From: Oopsacas minuta
Taxonomy: Eukaryota > Animalia > Porifera
DNA length: 64,000 nt
Assembly: GCA_024704765.1 (NCBI GenBank)
Contig: JAKMXF010000222.1
Coordinates: 186,001 to 250,000 of the forward strand
Direction: 5' to 3'
Below are positions 55,563 through 64,000 of this stretch, in pieces. The position numbers were made by a program, and so were the translations under genes. The notes under the pieces are model-generated. The model ran no database searches. It was given only the letters and a program-made list of their open reading frames with translations, and was not told where the DNA came from. Each line of letters opens with the position of its first letter. Position 1 is the stretch's first letter.

Positions 55563-57797
55563 ATGTTAATGCAAGAATCATATGAATCTAAACCAATTCG
55601 CTTCACACTGCCTCTTACAACTCACAAGAAACTTCTACAAACACCTGCCATTAAACAAACACTAATCTCAATAGATACATACGATAATCCAACGTTCTTT
55701 AGCTACACACCGAAAATTAGTGTTAAAAGCCGCAAACTTGCAAGTAAGCTCAGCACAACTTTTCAAGAACGACAACAACTGCATTTAGTACGTCGTGATA
55801 AATTCTTTGAAACTGAACAAGAATCCATTCTCATTCACTCTAGATCAATTGAGAAATCAGTTCGACCTGAATCATTATTTTCCAAAGTTATCCCATTCAC
55901 CAGATCCCTTACAAGTTTACAAAAACAAACAAAAATAAATAAAAAACAAACTCCAACACCTCAACAACCAGAACCGGAAGTAACAAATTCACCGACACAC
56001 GTCAAAAAGGAAAGACCTCAATCACTCCATTTAAACTCTCATAAAGATTCAAAACGTCTGAACCGCCCGAGCACTGACAAAGTGCGAATTTTGAAAAGTT
56101 TTTACCAATCAAAATCAACTGACAAAAATATTGTACTTAAAACACGAGCAAATCGTGCTGTTAATAATAAAAATATATTTAAAGTTAAGGGTCCTTACAA
56201 CATAATGCGACGGCAATTACGTAAACGTGGTTGGCTTGAACAAGATTACGAATCAAAACATTCAAAAGATCGAACAAAGACAAATTTAAAAACAGATAAC
56301 GATACAGATTCAAGTGGATCAGATTATGAAAGTTCATCAGATTGTCCCTCAGATGAAGACGATTATTGTGCTGTTACACGAATTATTCGTAACGCACTTC
56401 CTAACTTTATTATTACACTCAAAAGTGGAGATACAGAATCTAAATTCCTTACAAAATCACAGTTTGCAAATCATTTCAGAAGAACTGGTAGTTTCACGAC
56501 TAAATCAGGGCTAACACAGACTATACAGGATCTAGCATGGTATTCAGATTCAAATCCTGTAGATTTCTTTCCCAGATGTTTTCTACTCTCATCAGCTGAT
56601 GATCAACCTGTTTTCATTCAAGATTACCTCAAAACAGCTGCAATTTCTATATTAAAAGATTTAAAAAATTCGATCGATAATGGTACATTCAAATCCATGG
56701 AAAACTCAAGTTCTCAAATTACTAATTCAACGGTTAAATTCGCATTCAGCGTTTGCAATGAAATTCTTAAAAGTATACAACATGATGACGTAGACGATAT
56801 ATCAGCTGTTACATCTTATGACGAGAATAGTCCACAATGGAAAACATTATTAGAAAGTTCATACAGGCTGAAAGCACAGCAAATTACATGGGAGAACGCC
56901 TGTAAGAATTTACACCAAGAGATAACTGCATTATTAACCTCATTACGTGACGTCATGCCACAATTTAATATGGACGGATCTTGTAATATATGGATTGTTA
57001 AGCCAGGAGCGATGTCGCGAGGTCGCGGTATAAAATGTCTATCTAGGCTAGATGCGATTCTCGAAATAGTCTCTGCACGTGTTTTACTGAAAGAAGGAAA
57101 ATACGTAGTACAAAAGTATATAGAAAATCCGTTATTAATAGAAGGAACTAAATTTGATATTCGTCAGTGGTTTCTTGTTACTGATTGGGCACCGTTAACC
57201 GTTTGGATGTATAGAGAATGTTACGTGAGATTCTCTGGACAACCGTTTTCCCTCGAAAACTTTCACGAATCGATTCATCTTTGTAACAATTCAATTCAGA
57301 AAAATTACTCTGTTTCTATAAGTCGTTCTTCAAAACTGCCGACTGATAATATATGCGACTTAGAAGAGTTCAGTCAGTATTTGATTAATATAACTGGATC
57401 AGATATATGGAATGAATCATTATTCGAAAAAGCTAAAAAAATTTTATTTTCACTTATGCTATCTTCCTCTCCTAATATAGAATCACATAAAGGCTCGTTT
57501 GAACTATACGGTGCTGATTTCATGATCAGTGATGATTTACAGTTATACCTGCTAGAAATAAATTCCAGCCCAACCATGGCGAGAAATACACAAGTAACAA
57601 AAAGGCTCTGTAAACAAGTCCAAGAGGACACAATTCGTTTTGTAATTGATAGTCAAAAATCGAAGCAACAAGCGGAAAGTTGTAATTGGGTTTTCGCAGG
57701 TAAGGGTCCTAAAGTGAACTTACAGTCTCCACCATATGGTGTGTGTCATGATATGATGGTTTTAGGCAAACAGATAAAACCGCATCGCTTCTGTTGA
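55563..57797 (+). CDS. TTLL3: Tubulin glycylase, TTLL3/TTLL8 family
   Basis: GPYNIMRRQLRKRGW, FTTKSGL, FFPRCF, WIVKPGAMSRGRGI, VVQKYIENPLLI, FELYGADFM, LLEINSSPTM. Confidence 0.9.
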   Translation: MLMQESYESKPIRFTLPLTTHKKLLQTPAIKQTLISIDTYDNPTFFSYTPKISVKSRKLASKLSTTFQERQQLHLVRRDKFFETEQESILIHSRSIEKSVRPESLFSKVIPFTRSLTSLQKQTKINKKQTPTPQQPEPEVTNSPTHVKKERPQSLHLNSHKDSKRLNRPSTDKVRILKSFYQSKSTDKNIVLKTRANRAVNNKNIFKVKGPYNIMRRQLRKRGWLEQDYESKHSKDRTKTNLKTDNDTDSSGSDYESSSDCPSDEDDYCAVTRIIRNALPNFIITLKSGDTESKFLTKSQFANHFRRTGSFTTKSGLTQTIQDLAWYSDSNPVDFFPRCFLLSSADDQPVFIQDYLKTAAISILKDLKNSIDNGTFKSMENSSSQITNSTVKFAFSVCNEILKSIQHDDVDDISAVTSYDENSPQWKTLLESSYRLKAQQITWENACKNLHQEITALLTSLRDVMPQFNMDGSCNIWIVKPGAMSRGRGIKCLSRLDAILEIVSARVLLKEGKYVVQKYIENPLLIEGTKFDIRQWFLVTDWAPLTVWMYRECYVRFSGQPFSLENFHESIHLCNNSIQKNYSVSISRSSKLPTDNICDLEEFSQYLINITGSDIWNESLFEKAKKILFSLMLSSSPNIESHKGSFELYGADFMISDDLQLYLLEINSSPTMARNTQVTKRLCKQVQEDTIRFVIDSQKSKQQAESCNWVFAGKGPKVNLQSPPYGVCHDMMVLGKQIKPHRFC

Positions 57798-57895
57798 ATA
57801 TGAATTATTCTGTTTAAAAGAATATAAATTTATTTATTATTTTGAAATATTTATTTTTTATATATTCAACTGTTTGCTCTATGAATTATTTATTA

Positions 57896-58030
57896 CAGTC
57901 AACTACGGTTGTATCAAAGCTCAAGGAACCGCGATAATTACTTCAATATGACTGGTGTAATTTGTGTTACTTGGGCAGTTTGGGATCATATTTGTACAAT
58001 TTAAGACTTCGATATAATTGGATTGGACTG
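57896..58030. mobile_element. MITE family A copy 6 (degenerate)
   Basis: TA-CAGTCAACTACGGTTGTATC ... GATATAATTGGATTGGACTG; internal CATATTTGTACAATT shared with other copies. Confidence 0.75.
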
Positions 58031-58136
58031 CATCAAGTAAGCTTAAATTGGTTAAAAATATATAAAAATTTAAATTCGATTTTTATTATTATAGCACTTA
58101 GTTATAAATTTATTTTATTGGTTGAGGATGACAGAG

Positions 58137-58965
58137 ATGCGAGGAGTAGTCGACACTCAGAAATCAAATTTCTGGAAAGAATCTCTAAAGAAGGAGGCAC
58201 AACTTCGAAAAGATTGGCATCTCAGATATTCCAAAGAATTCGTGAAATCCCAGAGTGCCCGTAGGCCACGAAAAATTGCTACAATCGACTTCACACCCAT
58301 CGTGGTACCAGACCCTATTCCCCCAGCTACACGCCAAACAAAGCCTGCATCTGCTCCTCAGCCATCCGGAACGATATCAGCTGATTTCACAGAAATGAGA
58401 CCAGCTACTGTTAACACCCATCAAATGCTGTATCAGGGTATTAGTCACCATGGGGAGGGTCGTTATAGGTATGTTTATACACACAACTATTGTTGTATAA
58501 ACATTTTTGAACCTCTAGCTATATATGGCGGAGCTGAATTTTTGAGTTTGTCAATTAGCACGTTCGCAAAATTTATCAAAATTATTGTGATTAACTTTTT
58601 TTAGTAGTGGTTATTATCATATTTCCATAATTCCTGCGATTTTAATGACTTTCCGATCTTTTCGCCGTTTTCGAATAGATGTACTTACGCTGGAGTGAAT
58701 GTGTTAAGCTTATGGCACAATTCCAAAGTGAATCGTTTAAACCAAGTCGATAGTAATCATATTTACCCTTGTTTATAGGTATTTAAATGCGAGGAAGAGG
58801 ATAGGCCCAGAGGTGAAATTCACTTATCCACAGACCTACAGCATGGAGTATGGATGGAAGATAACCGACAGGCCAAATACGAAAAAATCTGAGTTTGCTC
58901 GCTCTTTTATAATAAAGAATACATTTTTCAGGCCTTCTGGTATTAATATCGTACCAAACTTCTAA
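58137..58965 (+). CDS. ATP6V1FNB: ATP6V1FNB/SPMIP1-like microtubule inner protein (exons 58137-58468 and 58779-58965)
   Basis: FWKESLKKEAQLRKDW; splice GT 58469 / AG 58778 gives LYQGISHHGEGRYRYLNARKRIGPEVKFTYPQTYSMEYGW...FFRPSGI, stop TAA 58963-58965. Confidence 0.78.
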
Positions 58966-59373
58966 AAAACTCATCCACTTATGACGCAAATTTACTAACA
59001 GTATTATTATCCAATTTCAACACGTACATTCTAATTAACTCAAAATTGCGTATATTTTAATATAATGTAAACATTACCTGTAATTATATGCTTATAATTA
59101 GCTTAATTATATACTCGCCACCTCCTTAGATATACTTAATTGATATTAAGCTTACCCTGCCCATATTCACCACAGGGGCTTACGTCTTAACCCTAAAGCA
59201 CTGTACGAGTGTGTTTCATTAAAATGCATTGCTATCACCTTAATTGTTAATATATTGTGTCATGGCGTATCATTACATTGACTGGGAGGGACATCATCTT
59301 TTGGGCTGTTTTCTATTTGAGGTATAAAAGGATTAGATATGCATTTGATAAATCATATTATCTTTTCCAAAAA

Positions 59374-60990
59374 ATGAAGTTTTATTGGCCGTTTATTCTC
59401 CTAATACTGTATGTATTGAATTGTAATTGTGTGCTTTTATATGAAAAACGTTGTAAGTATCGTGCTAGATATACTGAATCGCGAATTGTTGCAGAAACAA
59501 AGAATATTCTCACTTCAACTTTGCATAAAGAAACGTTCCACTGTCCGAACCCAATAACATTCTTCCAATGTCATCGTGTTACCAAGATAAACAAATATAA
59601 ACAAATTGTTGTTTACAAAGTTGTGAATGAGGTTAAATACAAAATGAAACCGTGTTGTTGTAGGGGGGAACAGCGTGATACAGCTACTGATATGTGTGAG
59701 CCAATTTGTACCGAGGGTTGCCAAAACAATGGTGTGTGTACACGTCCCGATATTTGTTCATGTACACCATATTGGGAGGGTGAAACATGTCATTTAGATG
59801 TCAACGAATGTCATAATTCACCTTGCGAGCATGATTGCCGAAACCTCGTACCAGGATTTGAATGCAGTTGTAAACGAGGGTACAAAATTCATGATACTGA
59901 TCCTACACTTTGTACTAAGCATACAGTTAATGTTGATAAATTCTCAGTTGAGTCTGATTCTCTAACGCAGGCTAGAATTAATTGGAGACTCCATTCCACC
60001 TTTGAACTTTCCGAGCTTTTGGCTTCAATTAAAATAACCTTCTGTGCTGAAAACGAAACATCTAGCATATCATCAATGAACCCGAATCAGCGATCATTAA
60101 CAGTTATTGGTTTAAGCCCAAATACGTTATACACATTCAAAATGGAAATAATATTGCATAATACAATTCCTATGGAAGATCGAGGGAATCTAACTGGCAT
60201 TCAAACGATCAGATTCCACACACCATCTATGCTAATGACTAAATGTTTAAGATATCATAATGAACGTCAACGTGAACTGTCAATGTCAATAATCACACAT
60301 CAACTTGATCCAAATCCTTGTAACAATAATGGAGAATGTATTGACAACGATTTAAGGCCTTTTTACACTTGTAAATGCCCTGTCGGTTTAACAGGACATA
60401 ACTGTAATGAGTTATACGATCCTTGTTCAGAATCAGATTGTCAAAATGGTGGTATCTGTACCCCAACAGCTGATCGCTCTAACTACACCTGCACATGCCC
60501 TGCAATGTATACAGGTGCAAAATGTGACGTCAGAATATCACCATGTATAACCGACCCTAATTTGTGTTTAAACGGCGCTGTTTGTATCGATCGTTCATTG
60601 ACAGAGACCGGATATGAATGTAAATGTGCAACTGGATATATCGGCAGACATTGTGAAGTATCATACACGTATTGCGATGATAGAATTTGTCTAAATAATG
60701 GAGAATGCATCCATAATACAACTAGCGGAGAATCTCAGTGTAAATGTAGTCTGCCGTATTACGGAGAACGTTGTGAGATAACTATGGAACCTTGTGTTGA
60801 TAGTATATCAAATCCCTGTCAGAACAATGGTCTATGTTATAACTACCCAACTGATATACAGTTGAATGAACCATTTTGTGCTTGTCCGAGTCATGCAATA
60901 GGAATGCATTGTGAATCTACGTGTAGAGATGAGGGAGGCGGATTTTGTGATTGTGATACCCAAGGACAGTGTAGTGTGTATAATTATTGA
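59374..60990 (+). CDS. Secreted EMI-like / EGF / FN3 / multi-EGF protein
   Basis: Signal peptide MKFYWPFILLILYVLNCNC; CCRGEQ..MCEPIC; DVNEC cbEGF; FN3-like GLSPNTLYTF; about six further EGF repeats. The 3' end may splice onward. Confidence 0.85.
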   Translation: MKFYWPFILLILYVLNCNCVLLYEKRCKYRARYTESRIVAETKNILTSTLHKETFHCPNPITFFQCHRVTKINKYKQIVVYKVVNEVKYKMKPCCCRGEQRDTATDMCEPICTEGCQNNGVCTRPDICSCTPYWEGETCHLDVNECHNSPCEHDCRNLVPGFECSCKRGYKIHDTDPTLCTKHTVNVDKFSVESDSLTQARINWRLHSTFELSELLASIKITFCAENETSSISSMNPNQRSLTVIGLSPNTLYTFKMEIILHNTIPMEDRGNLTGIQTIRFHTPSMLMTKCLRYHNERQRELSMSIITHQLDPNPCNNNGECIDNDLRPFYTCKCPVGLTGHNCNELYDPCSESDCQNGGICTPTADRSNYTCTCPAMYTGAKCDVRISPCITDPNLCLNGAVCIDRSLTETGYECKCATGYIGRHCEVSYTYCDDRICLNNGECIHNTTSGESQCKCSLPYYGERCEITMEPCVDSISNPCQNNGLCYNYPTDIQLNEPFCACPSHAIGMHCESTCRDEGGGFCDCDTQGQCSVYNY

Positions 60991-61629
60991 AGAGACAGTT
61001 TTCAAATTGCTCACTTTACATGTATATTATATTAATTAACCCACATTTCCCAATTATATATTATTCATAATTCAAGGATAATCAATGTGAATTTATTGAA
61101 AATTAAAATATTATGGAAATTGCCAGGTTTCAATGGGAGGAGAAGGGTCACCCAAGAGATGGAAAAACATACTAAAAATACAGGCTATTTATATGATAAA
61201 TAAGCTAGTTAGGCTGTGGAGCGTATTTTAATCGTCATTATGTTCAGGTGGTTTGAGTGGCTGTTATAGCATTTCCATTGTCTTTAATTCAATTAGAATG
61301 TTGCCTAAGTAGGAACTAAACACCATTATCAGCTACCTTTTTCCTGTTAGGTATATATTTCTATCTTATTTGAATATATTACTACTTTGATGTAAACGAA
61401 CTTTGTATTCAAGTTCATCCTCCCTCAAAATTAATAATATTTGGCTGATAGACTTTAATTCAAAGGAAAAATGCCTTGATTTATATTCAAAGCCAAACTA
61501 CATGCCTTGCATCAAGTTTCATGGGCGTAATTCTATTATACCACCCTATGAACAATTCTAAAGAAAATGAATACTTTAGCTAAACCCTAAGTTAATATTC
61601 TATATCTTTACTAATTTCAGTTTATAACT

Positions 61630-62363
61630 ATGTCACAAAATGAGAATCAATGTGAATATCACCCCAAGAAGGAAATACCTCTGAATTTTGATGATCTCTT
61701 GAGAATCCATTGTATCCTTAAACCACCGGTAGATCCATACTATTTTAAAATGCGTGAGAATCCGTTACAGACACTACGGGATAAACTAAAGAAGAAAAAT
61801 GAGTTAGCAAGATTTGATACAGGACCTATTTTCGCTAAGAAATCCCCTAAAACTGTTTCTCCATCTGTTGATAATATATCTTCCATGCCTATTACACAAG
61901 GTATATTACATATACTAACAGCATTGGAGCAACAACAAACAAACAAACAAACAAACATAATAATAGCAGTAATATTTATAAACTTGTTATTAGACTTTCC
62001 TTCACAAATTCACGAAGAAACCAGTATTCTGAAGTATGGCAATCAATCTAATAGCAATTCTACATCTCTTCAAAATAGCCAATTCAACACAAATTCTCCG
62101 CCGATTGTAGAAGTTGCTTCTTTCTCAGTTACACAAGGTATGGACAACAAACACAAATAAACAAAGAACATATAATTTTGATTAAATGCTCTCTTTTATA
62201 TTTATACTCTCCTTCACAAGCACAACAAGTATCTCAAAATGGAGTAATCAACACAATTTCACCTAAAACTGGTTCTCCTTCTATTGATAAAGTATCTCCT
62301 CTGCCAGTTACTAAAAGTATATAACAGCAATGTATATTAACAAACAAACAAACTAACTAATAA

Positions 62364-62408
<45 letters not shown>

Positions 62409-63350
62409 ATTACCTTTTTAATAAATTGATTTTATGCTCTCCTATAATTATCCTTAGAAACTCCTTCAACAGCATGCCAGCGATTAATCAATATTACAAA
62501 GTTCCTCAGTGAGTATGAAAGCAATTCAACAATCTCAGAGAAACCGCCAAAAATTGTTTCTCCCTCTGTTAAGAAAGGATCTCCTTTGTTAGTTTGTTAA
62601 TATTGTACGTTTTCATTCAGTAATAATAATTTACTATATAATATGTATAGCTTACAACATCAGTTTATATCTCCACAAAGAGAAAAGAAGCACATACCTA
62701 TGGAGAATTTTGATGATCTGCTTAGACATTTCTGCATTCTTAAACCTCCGTTAGATCCTTATTATTTTAAAACGCGTGAGAATCCGTTACAGACACTACG
62801 GGATAAACTAAAGAAGAAAAATGAGTTAGCAAGATTTGATACAGGACCTATTTTCGCTAAGAAATCCCCTAAAACTGTTTCTCCATCTGTTGATAATATA
62901 TCTTCCATGCCTATTACACAAGGTATATTACATATACTAACAGCATTGGAGCAACAACAAACAAACAAACAAACAAACATAATAATAGCAGTAATATTTA
63001 TAAACTTGTTATTAGACTTTCCTTCACAAATTCACGAAGAAACCAGTATTCTGAAGTATGGCAGTCAATCTAATAGCAATTCTACATCTCTTCAAAATAG
63101 CCAATTCAACACAAATTCTCCGCCGATTGTAGAAGTTGCTTCTTTCTCAGTTACACAAGGTATATATAGTATATGAGTAACAACAAACAAATAAACAAGC
63201 ATAAACTAATATTCATTCCCTCGTATAATTTAGAATCTACACAAACAAGCCAAGTATCCAGTTCGCTAAGTTCAAGCAGTGATGCCAGTAGTTATACATC
63301 TAGTGATACTTCTTCCTCTGAAGATGAATCACTTGCTCCACCGAGAGTAA
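61630..63350 (+). CDS. Tandemly duplicated, intron-rich Ser/Pro-rich gene(s) of unknown function
   Basis: Two ORFs share NFDDLLRxxCILKPPxDPYYFK..; short GT..AG introns (e.g. ACACAAG|GTATAT..TTATTAG|ACT) are read through by the ORF track; recurring SPKTVSPSV-type exons. Confidence 0.5.
61683..63163 (+). repeat. Direct repeat, offset 1022 bp (61683-62141 versus 62705-63163)
   Basis: About 400 bp (61741-62141 versus 62763-63163) with only two differences seen by eye; the first ~58 bp are more diverged. Confidence 0.95.
62366..62403 (+). repeat. (AC)19 microsatellite
   Basis: Direct reading of the sequence. Confidence 0.97.
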
Positions 63351-63374
63351 GTTTTAAAGGGAGCAGATTGTGTG

Positions 63375-63423
63375 TAAATATTTGTTCGTCTTTTCCGGGA
63401 ATTCGTATTAACGAGGTTCCCTG
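63375..63423. mobile_element. Right half of a family B-related MITE; a similar segment starts at about 63958 and runs off the window
   Basis: AAATATTTGTTCGTCTT..CCGG..TTCGTATTAACGAGGTTCCCTG-TA resembles the right end of 48114-48193. Confidence 0.6.
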
Positions 63424-63712
63424 TATTGAATTAATTCGCATTTGAGAATACACTTTAATATAATATTAATAGAGAGAAGGTAAATATACATTGAGGGACA
63501 AGAGTTACATAACAAGTGAGAATATATTTTGTATCTCTTCGAGATGGGATGGATATAATTTGAGTTTCCAGAAGAGCGATGAATTCAAGCCAAAGAGAGC
63601 GAAAAATGTGGATACCCGAAAAGAGCCGATAAGGTTGGTAGATAATACACAGCAAAGAAAACAAAATCAAATACAAAAAACAAACTTTTTTACATGCATT
63701 AGACATGCATAT

Positions 63713-63813
63713 GGATTTAATATTTCAAACCTGTTCTGGTGGTTTATTCGTGTTTTTTGGAGAAACCCCAAAACACGAATAAACCACCAGAACAGGTTTG
63801 AAATATTAAATCC
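63713..63813. repeat. Perfect 44-bp inverted repeat with a 13-nt loop
   Basis: 63713-63756 is the exact reverse complement of 63770-63813; loop TTGGAGAAACCCC. Confidence 0.97.
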
Positions 63814-64000
63814 TCGTATATTAGTAAATTAGAACAGAACACTTGCGGAAGATAACCATGTGAATGAGCGAAAATGAAAATATATGCTGTACAAAAGTGC
63901 TTATAGGTTACACTTAATAACTTCAGTGGCACTTTGTTAATCAAACACCACGTGACGGTCAAATATTTGTTCGTCTTATCCACATCCGGTGTTCGTACTA

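Noticed and set aside
63173-63983. Short ORFs at the right end of the window
   Set aside because: Composed of intron read-through, MITE fragments and the palindrome; only the Ser-rich segment at about 63232-63349 looks like a real exon.

Overview
AT-rich, gene-dense eukaryotic (animal-type) nuclear DNA. About 23 protein genes are present and most of the large ones are intronless (RIC1, INTS1, MON2, UBN, RGS12-like, TTLL3-like). That architecture suggests an intron-poor early-branching animal such as a glass sponge; this is inference only. Gene order: 3' end of an unknown gene, caspase, PUS3, RIC1, INTS1, ENKD1, enolase, DDX60-like helicase, TUBGCP6, GT32 glycosyltransferase, a very divergent alpha-tubulin, PSMC3, ubinuclein, MON2, TMEM86/YhhN, PGS1, coiled-coil/LIM protein, FEM1-like ankyrin protein, YKT6, RGS12-like, TTLL3-like, ATP6V1FNB/SPMIP1-like, a secreted EGF/FN3 protein and a tandemly duplicated intron-rich gene. 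Intergenic DNA carries several MITE families. The standout observation is a pair of about 130-nt minus-strand units 33.7 kb apart (2705-2867 and 36430-36588). In each, a different AU-rich tRNA cloverleaf (anticodon UGG versus UUC) sits inside the same conserved frame: a TATA box, a terminal AGGAGG/CCUCCU stem, a 9-bp stem with three compensatory base-pair changes, fixed linkers and a T5 terminator. This looks like an undescribed family of Pol III 'tRNA-in-a-carrier-hairpin' RNAs. A perfect 44-bp inverted repeat at 63713-63813 is also notable.
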